DNA from: the human T2T-CHM13v2.0 reference genome, Homo sapiens
Strand: one strand, 5' to 3'
Length of the DNA stretch: 64,000 nucleotides
Assembly: GCF_009914755.1 (NCBI RefSeq)
Contig: NC_060945.1
The notes below the pieces were generated by a model. It saw only the letters and a program-made list of their open reading frames with translations, was not told the origin of the DNA and searched no databases. Shown here piece after piece: positions 26,677 to 39,824 of this stretch (positions are counted from its first letter, which is position 1; the number at the start of each line of letters is the position of its first letter). The position numbers and the translations under genes are program-made.

Positions 26677-27390
26677 AACTCCTTGGAGACTGGGAGGGTC
26701 TGCACAGCACCATCCTAGTGCACAGGTTCTACCCAGGACACTGACAAATCCTAAGAGGAGGGAAAAAACAAGGCCCTTGGGACACAGCTTTAAAAAAAAG
26801 AGTCCTATTTTCTGTCATTGCCAAAGGAAAAGGGGCTCTCTGCAGCAGGAGATAGAGCCTTCCCCCTCTCATTCCCTTCACCATTCTGTTCCCTTGAGCC
26901 ATGAAGCAAAACCACCTGTAGCCAACATTGAAGCCACTGCTCCATCTACACTTTCATCACTTTCATATATTGTCCCCTGTCTTTGTCATTCCACCTCTCT
27001 CCCTCACTGCTATTGCCTCCTTCATGTTACTTACTCCTGATTTTCCTTCAACGTTCCTGACCATTTCTAGTCACTTTCTTTTGGCTTCTTTATCTCTAAT
27101 TACTCCTATATCTCCCAGGCTGAATTTTACACAGAGGACAATTACATACTTCCAGAATTACTCTCATCAGTGTCCTCCCATTCATGAACAGAGCATATGG
27201 CCATTATTACTACCCCATGAGGTTCAGCTGTTAGTTAGCAGTTATGTAAAAAAATTAAAGAGTTGCACTGGAGTAATGTCAGTTGAGTTCACCCTTTCTT
27301 TCACTTTTCATTGTGTCATGGAATTGGAAGTAACTTTGAAGTTTATCTGGTCCAATTCCTGTCATTAAGTTGAAACTTAAGGAGTCTGGT

Positions 27391-27521
27391 GGCTGGGCAT
27401 GGTGGCAGGTACCTATAATCCTGCATTTTGGTAAGCTGAGGTGGGAGGATCACTTGATGTTAGGAGTTTGAGACCAGCCTGGGCAACATAGCAAGACCCT
27501 GACTCTACAGGAAAAAAAAAA
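27391..27521 (+). mobile_element. FLAM (free left Alu monomer) inside a minus-strand MIR
   Basis: Monomer plus polyA; TSD aaggagtctggt / aagagtctagt. Confidence 0.85.
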
Positions 27522-27754
27522 AAGAGTCTAGTGATTTGTCAAAGGTCCATCTGCTTATTTAGTGGTTGAGATAGGATTATTTAACCTAAGTTTAAACTCC
27601 CAGCTAATTTTTTTTCTATTTTAATTCCAAAACCAATATCCAATATGAAATCACATCATGGACATCTCAAAACAAACTTTCCTTTAGTTTTCAGGGGTAA
27701 TTTCACTGGGAAACATAAATTACACGTGGAGCAGGCAGCCTTGTTTGTGAATTA

Positions 27755-28073
<319 letters not shown>

Positions 28074-28754
28074 TATTTGTGAATTAATTTTGCAGTCACG
28101 GTAAGAGTCCCTGAACTTAAGCTTTGAGCTTTTGAAAACTCTGGAAATTGATTTCAAGTTTTATTGTCTTTGTTTCCAAAACGGTGGATTAGAAGCATGC
28201 TGCCCTTTCCCACCTACTCTATAATCCCTAAAAGGTTGAGAGCAGATGGGACACGATGGAAGAGGGATGCCACAAGCCAAGAGATGGCCATGCATACACG
28301 TCCATAGATGTTAGCAGCATACAGGGTCCTCCTTATCTGAGATGGAAGAAGTCGGGGCAGGCAGAGTCCAGGGGAAACCTAAGGGGTGGTTTGCTGGGGA
28401 ATGACCATGGTGGTCATCAGCCAGATTCACTCCATTATGTCTCCCCTTCCTGAGACATTTGATCTCTAACAATGTTAGAGAGCGACAACAGGCTCAATAA
28501 ATGGAAAATCATCTGCTTGAGGAAATGGAATTAATAGAACAATCAGGATGTATAATTAATACATCAAATAAGTAAGTTTTAAAAAATAAAGTAGACATCT
28601 TAAGAATGACTGCTAGACTGAGCCAGCAATATTTTTAACAAGCGCTGTCTGATACCTAGAAAATAAAACCAGATTCTTTTAGCTTAAGGAAAACAAAACA
28701 AAATGAAGGAAAGCAAAGCAAAATAGTTGATTTTGGGGGGTGGGAGGGGATTTT

Positions 28755-29170
28755 ACCATCTCATTCATTTATTCATTCAACTCATATGTCGAGCACACTA
28801 TTGTAGGTGCTGGAATACAGCAAAGAAATAAGAGAAATGTGGTCCCTGTTGTCATGGAGCTTAGAGCTGGAGAATGAAAGGAGAGAGTAAAAAGAGTTAA
28901 TCAATGAAGCAACAGTGAAATATTGATAGTGGCATCTGTAGAGACTGAAGTAGAGAGATGCAATAGAGAAGAACTATGATGCCTACTCTAAATTGGTCAG
29001 GAAATGTAAGTGACATTTGAAGATGAAGAAGAAACCAACCATGTGAAGGTGAAAAAAGAGGAGGAACCATAACGCTGGGGCTTGGAACCTATGGGAGAAG
29101 GGAGGAAGGTTATAACATTAGGCTGGAAAGACTGATCGGGGTGAGATCATGGGGGGCTTTGTGAAATGAG
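28755..29170 (-). mobile_element. L2 3' fragment
   Basis: tcattcatttattcattcaa...ggtgctggaatacagca...gtccctgttgtcatggagctta. Confidence 0.75.
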
Positions 29171-29454
29171 AGAGCTCATTGTATCATCCTCAGTAAGTTG
29201 TCATTACACCACTGTGTTTTTGACACACATCAGTGTGAAATTACTGTTGTAAAAAAGGCTAACCTGGGTGGCAATAAAACTCATCATAGGCCACAGACAA
29301 TTTGAAGGAATTAATTTGCAGGATTGGTTAAGGGAAGAACACTACTAGATGAGAACAGAAGGCCCTCTTAATTTATTTAAAGAACAAATGGCAGCTTAAG
29401 GTAAAAGCAAAATATATGACCACAGTAGCAAAATTAGAAACTACTACTTATTGA

Positions 29455-30775
29455 TAAATACTATTAAGGAAATGCAAAGGCAAACTGCAGACTCTGAGAA
29501 AGTATTAGCAACACATATACTTGACAAAGGCTTTGTACCCAGAGCACATAAAGAACTCCTACAAATCAATATGGAAAAAGCCACAATCCAATAAAAAAAT
29601 GGAGCAAAATTCTTAACAGAAACTCCACAAAAGAAGATACAGGAATAGCCAATAGGAATATGAAAAGATGCTCAACAACATTAGTCACTAGGAAAATGCA
29701 AATTAAAACCACAAGATGCAATTTCACACCCTCTAGAATTAGCTAAAATTAAAAAGATTGATAACATCAAATGTTTGTGAGGATGCAGAGCAACTGCAAC
29801 TCTCATACACAGCTGATGGTAGCCTAAGATGACACAACCACTTTGGAAACTGTTTGACAGCTTTTCACAAAGTTAACTATATACCTCCTCCTCCTTCTTC
29901 TTCTTCTTTGTTTTTTTTTTGTGTGTGTTTTTGTTTTGTTTTGTTTTTTGAGGCAGAGTTTCCCTCTGTCACTCAGGCTGGAGTACAGTGGCATGGTCAT
30001 GGGTCACTGCAGCCTCTACCTCCCCAGGCTCAGGTGATCCTCCCATGTCAGCCTCCCAAGTAGCCGGGACTAAACACGTGCACCGCCATGCCTGGCTAAT
30101 TTTTGTATTTTTTGTAGAGACTGGGTTTCGTCACGTTGCCCAGGCTGGTCTTGAACACCTGGGCTCGAGCAGTCCTCCTGCTGTGGCCTCACAAAGTGCT
30201 GGGATTACAGACATGAGCCACTGCACCTGGTCTATACACCTTCTTAATGACCTATCTATTCTATTCCAAGGTATAGCCCAAGACAAATGAAAATGAAAAT
30301 ATTTGTCCACAAAATGTCTTGCATAAGAATATTTATAGGAGGTTACTCATGCCAGTCAAACACTGAAAATAATCCGTGTAATCATTGAAGGGAAAATTAC
30401 TAAAAATTTAATTAATAAAGGGAAAATTGTGGTATACACACAAAAGTGTTTGTCACTGATACAGGTAACAGCATAAGAGAATCCATAAAACATTGCGTTG
30501 CGTATAAAGAAGCTAGTCACAAAGAATATACACAGCATAATTTAATTGATGTGACAGGAAAGAACAGGCAACACTAACTTAGGCTGATAGAAATCAGAAC
30601 AATGGTTGCTCTTGGGAGTGGGGACTCAGTAGAGGTTTCTGAGTGATGGAAAAGCTTTCCACCTTGATGATCTTAATCATGGTGGGAGTTGTGTGGGTGC
30701 ATACATCTTTCAAAATTCACCAAACTATATACTTAAGATATGTGCCTTTTACTGTTTGCCAATTTTGCTCCAATT
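29455..30775 (+). mobile_element. Old L1ME ORF2 end and 3' UTR, interrupted by an AluJ
   Basis: tgaaaagatgctcaacaacattagtcactaggaaaatgcaaattaaaaccacaa...caaccactttggaaac...gtgatggaaaag...cttaagatatgtgc. Confidence 0.85.
29891..30232 (-). mobile_element. AluJ
   Basis: cagcctctacctccccaggctcaggtgatcctccc, ttttgtagagactggg; degenerate TSD tata(t/c)acct(c/t)ct. Confidence 0.92.
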
Positions 30776-30789
30776 AGAAAAGTTGGGGA

Positions 30790-31930
30790 GGTATAGGAGG
30801 AAAGAGATTAGCAACAATGAGAATAGTTTGCTCCTTGAAGGAGTTTTACTTGGAAGGGAAAAGGGAAAAGGAATGGTAGAATGGTGACTGGAGGGGAAGG
30901 AAGGTTCAGAGTTTTGTTTGTTTGCCTGTTTCTTAGACGGGAGAGGTAATAGCATGTATGTTTGCTGATGAGAAAGATTAGCAACAGAGAGAAAAAATAA
31001 ATGGTTCAGGAGAAAGTGAGCAGATGTACAAGAGGGAGGTCCTTGACTAGGGAGGAGGGAAGGGATCAGGAATGCAAGTAGGGCACTGGCCTTTGCTAGG
31101 CATTGGGAAGGGTTCCTCTGGAATAAGAGAGATGGCATTCTAAATGGGCACTGATGCAGGATTACTATCCAATCATTTAAAATGAGGCCAGTTTGCAACA
31201 CTGAGTTTTCCTCCACTCTTATGCAGCCCTGCCAGTGTAGGTGGGCAATGAGCGTAGACTTGGGTTTTAATAGTGTTTTGGTTTTGCCAAGTTAGCAATA
31301 CTAAGTTAGAAGGGGAGAGGGAAATTGATGAAGTTATTATCTTGATTGACCATAGACTGCAAGTTGGCTTAAGATGTTGGTAAGGACGAAACGATGGTAA
31401 GGGATAGGAAAAAGTAGAATTTGCGTGGTTGATCCTGTTGGTGCTGAAGAAGTCGGAACTGAGTTAGTGCAAGAAAGATGTTGGGAAATGTGAGGTAGTG
31501 CTGGGAAAGTGAAATGCCTGAAACCAAACAAAATAAAATGATTGAGGATGACAAGGTCTAGGAAGGAAGAGGTTGAGAGAAAGTGAAGGTAAAATCTTTG
31601 CAAGAGAGGAGGTCAGGGAATGGAGAAGACAGAATACTGGAAGATTTATCTCATGGATATTGAAACCTCGAATTGTTGATATCCTCAGTAGTGTTGATGA
31701 ACATGTCAGTAAACTAGGAGCTAAATCTCCAAGGAATGAGCGGCAGTGAATGGGAGTCGGTCAAGGATGATGACCAGCAGGGCAGGAAAGTGGTGTATTC
31801 TGATGACGTGAAACTCAGTGCTGGTGTTTTGATGGAGGGAAAGAAAGTCTGCTCTGGAGGGAGAGAGGGAACACTGTGTCAAATGCTGCAGAGAGATCAC
31901 ACTTGCCTCCAGGCCAGGGCTGCAGAAGAG
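30790..31930 (-). mobile_element. Degenerate L2 fragments
   Basis: Purine-rich segments typical of antisense L2 (ggagttttacttggaagggaaaag; agacgggagaggtaatagcatgtatgtttgctgatgag). Confidence 0.5.
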
Positions 31931-32199
31931 AAGACACTACCAGCAAAGCTGCAAGAAGAGTACACAGAAGAAAATGAATGATCTACATGTACTGATGTAG
32001 AAAGACGTTAGAGACATACTGTTAAATGGGGGAAAAGCAAGTTACAAAATGGTTCTGTCTGCATGAATTGTTTGGTCAGTTACAAATGAGTGGAAAATTA
32101 ATGGTAAGTCTCCAAACTATAATTGCAGTCATCTCTGCATGGCAGCAATGGGGGGAACTTTTATGTCTGATTTTCCCACATTTTGCTATACCTAACAGG

Positions 32200-32430
32200 A
32201 CAGAGTGAGTGCCCATTCTGGACCAGAGTGACTAGATTATATTCTCACACCTGCCATCTGAATGGTCATGGCCAAATTCTGAGCTTCCCTAAATCTCAGT
32301 TGTTTCATCTATAAATTAGGAATAAGTAATATCTACTTATGTTAATTGTGAGGGTGATGTAAGAAATCATGTGAAATATCACAATACGACACTTAGAAGG
32401 TAAAAGATAAAAGAACAATTGTTATCCTTA
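32200..32430 (+). mobile_element. MIR
   Basis: ctcagttgtttcatctataaattaggaataagtaatatctact...ttgtgagggt. Confidence 0.65.
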
Positions 32431-32884
32431 CTATTGTATTTTATATAACAGGCATAGATTGCTTTTCTATTTAGAAAAAAAAAAAAAAACCGGGATTTTT
32501 TTTTAAAGGAACTTAGTTAGAACACAGGCCCAGAGGAATGATCACCCCCAGTTCCACACACAAATAACTAGAATTAATAAAAGAACAAATGGGATGGGTG
32601 ACGGTGGTGGAGAGCTGATGGATTCCTCTGAATAGTAATTGATTTGAATCTAAAACCAATGAACAGATTCTTATCACTTCACAGGGAGCCAGCGAGCCAG
32701 CTGTTTTTCAAGACGGTGTTTTATTTTGACTTTCATACACTCCTCGTGTATCTTGTCTGCAGAAAGTTATCTCTTGTGCTGTGGGAAGTAGGGGCCCTGA
32801 GCTCCTCGACCTGCTGACCCCCTCCCTGCGAAATAACCAGGTGTGTGGCAGGATTCTCAACCATGCAGAGGAGATGGGTGCTGA

Positions 32885-33214
<330 letters not shown>

Positions 33215-34524
33215 AAATGTGGAAACTCTTATCCTTAGATTCCACCTGGTTGCAAGAGGGGCCAAAGAAAGGCATCTTGGCGGCTAAGCAGGAGTCGAGG
33301 TGAAATCATTGATGGAACAGACTAAGCTATACTGATATTTAGACCCAAGTTCGTTAAACAACAACAAGATGCTTGCTTTTCAGCCCCACCTTTTGACTTC
33401 CTAAAATAAGAAAAGAATCCCTTTCCATTTTCCATTTCAAACCACAGTGAGTAATGGCATCTTTGAGCGCTGGGGCCTAGAGGAAATTCTATTTGTGGGA
33501 TAAATTAGGAATATTAAAGAACTCTCACCTCTGGGGTACTGAATCAAAATTTCAATTGTGTACTCAAGCTTAAAGCTTTAGACCTAGGCAAACCCCTCCC
33601 AACCCCGTCTTTGTCGTTTCCCCCTTGTGGGAAGTCTGGTCTGTGGTCGTTGTCTTTGAATCATGCAAATTAGGAGAGCATGTGTGAAGTCCTTTTATAA
33701 TTTAGATTCTGTGCATGTAGCTCATTGGCCATCAGGAAGGGTATCTCAATTCAGATGGTCACTTGGGAGGGGGGCTGGATGGAAAAGAGAAATTCTCAAT
33801 ATATGAAAATGGTTTGAAATAGTAATTTCCCTCAAAATTCTCTTTCTCTACTTGTATGTCTGTCCTCTACAATGGAGCAGACCCGTAATCCCCAATCACT
33901 CCCATAACTCACCTTCCTGGGGCTGTGGCATGTGCAGTGGTGTGTTGTTTATACAGCCTGTGTGTTTGTACTGTGCTGTCCCACATGGAGGCCTCCATCT
34001 GAATACAAGGGCTGTGAGCATTTAACCTGGCGCAGGGTATAGTACACCTGGCTCGTGGATTTTGAATAAAAGTCTCTCATCACTCTTTCTGATTTACACT
34101 TAGAAGCCATTTTTCTTAAGCCCTTTATGTTGCTAAATGCATTTCCTTACCCCTCTTCAGCCTGAACACCTTTGGGCAAACACATAATGTCCCTTTCTTC
34201 TACTCTTGGAAGGAGCTATGAATCAGAAGGAAGTGGGATTTCCTTCCCGGGTTAAACTACCAACATAGGTCACACTTATATGCTTGCTTGCCTCTGATTC
34301 TTAAGAACATCAAACTCATGCCTCACTGGGCTAATAAAAGTTTATTTTTCTTTACTTATGTGCCTCTTGGTGTATTTTTCTCTAGTGAGGTTTAGATCTG
34401 CACCTTGTATTCAATGAAAATATTATTATAGAAGAAATACTATTAAATAAGGTAATTTTAGATGATGTTATTAATATTAGAACAATTTTAGACTAATGTC
34501 AACTATCAGCTTGTAAAGTTTGAG

Positions 34525-34806
34525 CTTTTTTCTCTTTGTCCCCTCCTTCCTTTCCCTCTCTCCCCACCTCCTTTCCTTCCTTCCTTCCCCTTCCCTTCCT
34601 TTTCCTTCCTTCCTCCCTTCCTCCCTCCCTTCCTTCCTTTCCCAGCCCTTCCTTTTCCTTACTTCCTCCCTCCCTCCCTTCCTACCTTCCTTCCTTCCTT
34701 CCTCCCCCTCCCTCCTTTCCTTCCTTCCTTCCCTCCTTCCTTCCTTCTCTTCCCTCTCCTTCTTTCCCTCCTTCCTTCCTTCTTTCCTTCCTCCTTACCT
34801 TCCTCT
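34525..34806. repeat. (CCTT/CCCT)n polypyrimidine tract
   Basis: ~280 bp, almost entirely C/T on the + strand. Confidence 0.97.
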
Positions 34807-34883
34807 AGATTTCTTTTTTAGAAAGAGTTAGAAATATATTTTACACAAAATATCAGACAACTCCAGGATCTTCTTTTGGTATT

Positions 34884-34971
34884 ATTTATCATTTTAGATA
34901 GAGGGGTATTGCCTGTCAAAGATTTGACAAAATCTTTGACAGGCAATACCCCTCTATCTAAAATGATAAAT
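34884..34971. repeat. Perfect inverted repeat, 42-bp arms with 4-nt loop
   Basis: 34884-34925 is the exact reverse complement of 34930-34971. Confidence 0.98.
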
Positions 34972-35694
34972 GCCTAGATGCAGAAACAGATGCATGGAAT
35001 GCCATTGTATGACTTCACAACAGAATTAGTATGCTGGCTTCCTGACTTGATATTCCTGCCTTTGATTCTTCTTCCCTGTAGGTTGCCAAGTACTCAGCAG
35101 TACTGAACTCTCTAAATGACCAGTTTCATGAAAATCTCAAAGCTCCCTTCAGGGGAATCCTCACTGTAAAGGATGAAGTGGGAAGTCTTCCTTTCATCTA
35201 AGACTTGCAAAGATCTGACATCTTCCTGTCCAACCTTATGTTCCAGGATTGCTTTGTCTCGAAGCAAAGATGGGCTCAACATTGTTTTCAACCACCAGCT
35301 ACATTTTCTAACTCCAAACATTTACTTTCCCACCTCCTGGGATGCCTTTCTTCCTGTCCCACACAAATCCAACTCACCCCTGACGTTCAGCCCCAGTGCC
35401 CCATTTTCCAGAGAGCCTTTTCTCATAGCTTCAGTTCCCACTGACTCACTTTACTGACATTCCTTCAGTGTGTCTCACTTAAAATACCCCCAGGTATGGA
35501 ACTCAGAACTCATAAAACTTAGTGTCTACATTGACCTCGACCTGCCCTCACTATTCCACTGTCTTCGTCACCAAACTTTATTATGCCAGAAAACTTGTGC
35601 CCAGGAGATTAAACATTGCAAATAAGTCTATTTGCAGGATGTTCAGTAATTTCCTGAGAAAAATTAAATAAACATCAAACAGACTTAAAAATTT

Positions 35695-35830
35695 ATTTAT
35701 TCATTCATTTATGTTTTAGAGAGGTGTTGCTCTGTTGCCTAGGTTGGCCTCAAACTCCTGGGCTCAAGCAATCCTCCTGCCTCAGCCTCCCAAGTAGCTG
35801 GGACTACAGGCGTGCCCCCCCTTGCCCAGT
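35695..35830 (-). mobile_element. Alu monomer (FLAM/FAM-like)
   Basis: ttgctctgttgcctaggttggcctcaaactcctgggctcaagcaatcctcctgcctcagcctcc. Confidence 0.85.
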
Positions 35831-36151
35831 AAAACTGTTAAACATTTTAATAGATAGCATCAAACAAGTGTTTATGCTTTTGTGTCCACGAATTCTAGGC
35901 TATTATAAGATGATAATTTTCCCAGCCCTAATAAACACTTCTCTTCTTTAAAATGTTCACCTTCAAGCAAACCCTATACCTCGTAAATATCCCTTTCCTT
36001 TCCAAGACACTGCTCAGACTCTGTTGTGATGGTGGTCTTTCTTACCGGGGTGAGTAGTATACTCAGCTTGGTCTCACTAGTACATTGTTTTGGCGGTTTT
36101 ATTTTTTTTGAGGGTGTGGTGAGGATTCCACAAGTACAAAATAAATCTCTT

Positions 36152-36566
36152 TGTTGTGGTTACCTGAGTAAACAAGATGGACCTGGCACTCAAATTTGGC
36201 TTGGATGTCAAGTCTGATGAAGCTGCACCCCCCTGTAAAGAGGGTGTGATGAGGTTTATTACTCACATAATGAGGTTTCCTTGGAGAGTAGGGTGGGCTC
36301 CTAAGCAGGTCTGACAATGGCTTGAGAATGCAGAGACATGAGGCTGGCTGGACTTTTGTGGTGGTTAGTGGATGGGGCTGGGATGAGGGTTCCCATACTT
36401 GGGAACGTTCATAGACTAGAGCTCATGCAGTTTGAGCTACCCATAGGTGCAGAAGGAGGAAGCACTTGGGCTTTCTTAGTTTGTCCCAATGCGAGAAAAG
36501 GGGTAGAGGGAGGAGGGTCCTGAAAGCTGTTGTCAGTTAACAAATGGACTCAGACTCTGTATAACA
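36152..36566 (-). mobile_element. LTR47-like solo LTR
   Basis: Minus strand starts tgttatacagagtctgagtccattt and ends ...ccacaaca; family assignment from memory. Confidence 0.6.
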
Positions 36567-36692
36567 CCCCTAATCACCCCTCCCATTTACCCCCTCCTCC
36601 ACCCGTTCCCTGCAGCATCTCAAGAATCCCACGAATACTCTAACCACACATGCCAAGGGTATTGAGGGAATACAAGCATTAAAAGTTGTTAT

Positions 36693-37323
36693 TGTCAATC
36701 AAGAAAAATGACCAGACAAGTGTCAATCATTTTAGGAGGTTTATTTGTCAAAGATAAGGATGCGCGCCTGGGAGACAGGTCTATGCCTTTCTCCGAAGAT
36801 AATTTTGAGGGCTGCAAATTTAAAGGGGAAAGGGCAGGATATTAAGAAGTACACAGTTTTCATGTAAGAGAGGGGTGGGGAAAAATAGTCATTCATGCTT
36901 TTGTCTGGCTTAGCGAAACTGCATTTTTTTACATAAGATGATATAGACAAATGGAGCAGAGGAAAAATGCAGGGAATCTGCATTTTACATAAGATAACAT
37001 AGACAAAATGGGGCAGGGGAATAATCAGATATGCATTTGTGTCTGGTGGACGGCAGGGGTGATGGCTGCACCTGTAAAGACAAGCTATCAATTGGCATTG
37101 CCATGGTGAAATTTTACAGAAGCACCTTAGAGTAAAGATTTTGCAGCTCACTAGGAATTTCCTTGAGGGCAAAAATATAGGGGAGGTGTGCAGCTTTTCA
37201 TCTTGTAGCCATCTTATTTAGGAAGCAAAAAGGGGGAGTCAGGTTTGTGTAACCCAGTTCCCAGCTTGACTTTTCTTTCAGGCTTAATGAATTTGGGGTC
37301 CCAAGATTTAATTTTCTTTCACA
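36693..37323 (-). mobile_element. MER4A solo LTR (ERV1)
   Basis: Minus strand starts tgtgaaagaaaattaaatcttgggacccc; perfect 4-bp TSD ttat at 36689-36692 and 37324-37327. Confidence 0.9.
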
Positions 37324-37402
37324 TTATACTCAATGTTCATGAGAACTCCATACAAATATTAGTATGTAGTGCTAATTTTAAAAACAAAACAGTGAATTAT
37401 GC

Positions 37403-38053
37403 TTCAGTGGAAGACCCTAAGGTGAGCCCCATTGAACTATCTTCTGATCTCCATGCCCTTAGATGATCCTCTCTCTGTGAGTGACAGGAGGACCTACAAC
37501 TTCTTTCTAGCCAATAGAATAAGGCAAAGGTCAAGGTATTTTGCATAAGCAATTAAGATCTCAAATCAGTTGATTATAAAATTGGAAGGAAGGTTATTAT
37601 TGATGGGCTTGACCTAATTGGTGAAAACCCTTAAAAGAGGGGCTCAGCTCTCCCTGAGAGAGAGGGCAGCTCCTGTTGCTGGCTCTAAAGATAAGATGTC
37701 ATGTTGTGAGGGAGTATACGGGGAAGGCCATATGGCAGGGAACTCGGGGGCCACTGGGAGCTGAGATTGACTCCTGGCTGACACTCAGCAAGAAATTGGG
37801 GAGCTTAATCACAATCGCAAGAAGATAAAATTTGCCAACAACTTGGGTTGTTGGATTCTTCCTGGTCAAGCCTCCAGATGAGAACGCAGCCCAGCCAACA
37901 CCTTGATTTCAGCCCAAAAAGACACTAAGCAGGGAACTCAGCTAAGCCATGCCTGAAATCCTGACCCTCAGGAACTGTGAACTAATAAATGTATGTTGTT
38001 TAAAGCCATGAAGTTTGTAATAACTTGTTATGCAGTTGTAGATAACTAATACA
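37403..38053 (+). mobile_element. MLT1E-family MaLR LTR
   Basis: ttctagccaatagaataaggcaaagg...ggaactgtga...gttatgcagttgtagataactaataca; TSD tatgc on both sides. Confidence 0.85.
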
Positions 38054-38961
38054 TATGCATTGAAGTAATAATTTATTCTCTCAAGATAAAGAATGGAAAG
38101 TTGCTATTTTAAATTGCTTTAAGAAGATAAGAATAAGGGAAGTTAGTGTACTTGGTGTACTTAAGTGTATATAAAAGAGTGTCCTTATTATTAAAACAAA
38201 ATGAATTGGGCTGCTGCTTTGGTACCTTGTGCATTTCACTTCATAAGAGATACAGTCTCTCCTGATCAGATTTTCCTTTGGTGCTCAAGTCCTCATTACC
38301 TTGCCTGCAAGGCAGGCAGATGGGAGAGTCTGGCCTTCCGACTTGGCTCACAGATGTCACAAATATTATCTCGATGTAATAAAAGACTCATTCCAATTAT
38401 ACACTGAGTATTGGATCCATTCCAGCCTCATGACTTTCCAAATTGTCTGTATCAGATCACAACTCCTAAGAACCATTTCCAGCTATATGGCACTATAAAA
38501 CATAACCTAAATTAACTTGGCCAATGGCTTCATACCCTCTAGATGGATATTGCTAGCAAATATTTGCACAAGTCATTACTACCCATTTTGTGTGTTTAGA
38601 CAGCGTATCTCTCATTTCTCCCTGTAATTAGCATTTTATATAAATGCAGCCTTTTCTCTGTTCTAGGGCACAGCCTTCCAAGCAGGGGCTCAGGCAGTCA
38701 TTTGTCTTGTACTTGTTTATGGGGTGGGTGACTTGCCTGAGGCTGCCCTCCAGGTTGCCTAAGGCAGTAAACATGTATCCTGGAATAAACCACAACTAAC
38801 ATTTTTCTTTCTCGTAAAATTCCCTCTAACTGCTTGGGGAAATCGTAAGTGCTTCCTCTTTCAGCTTTGTTTGTAGTTTGTAAGGACAACACCCTTATCA
38901 ACCTGCCTGGCACTATTGTGATGGCTGCCACATGAAAACATAGCTTAGAGCTTCCTTTGCC

Positions 38962-39048
38962 ATCTATCTATGTATCTGTCTATGTATGTATGTATGTATG
39001 TATGTATGCATGCATGCGTGTGTGTGTGTATGTATGTATGTATGTATG

Positions 39049-39093
<45 letters not shown>

Positions 39094-39096
39094 GTC
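38962..39096. repeat. Compound STR (TATG)n(TG)n(TATG)n(TATC)11
   Basis: Direct observation. Confidence 0.95.
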
Positions 39097-39373
39097 ATCT
39101 CCTTACTCATTTAACAGAATCATTTCTAGAGAAGGTATAGGGAAGAATACACGTTCAATAAAGTTACGAGTGATCCAAAGCCTTCTTTGTGAAAAAGCCT
39201 ATTTTGCAACAATTTATTCTCACTCCCTACTCTGTGTGAAGCTCTTTGGTATCTTTATTGGTTTGCTAGGGCTGCCATAACAAAATACCACAGACTGGGT
39301 AGCCTCAACGACAGATGTGTATTTTCTCAGGCTGGAGGCTGGGAGTCTGAGATCAAGATGTCATCAGAATTGA

Positions 39374-39767
<394 letters not shown>

Positions 39768-39824
39768 GCTAATCTCCTCTTCTTATAAGGACACTAGACA
39801 GATTGGTTTATAGCCCACCCTTAT

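Noticed and set aside
34520-34831. Pro/Ser/Phe/Leu-rich ORFs
   Set aside because: Artefact of the stop-free CT-rich repeat.
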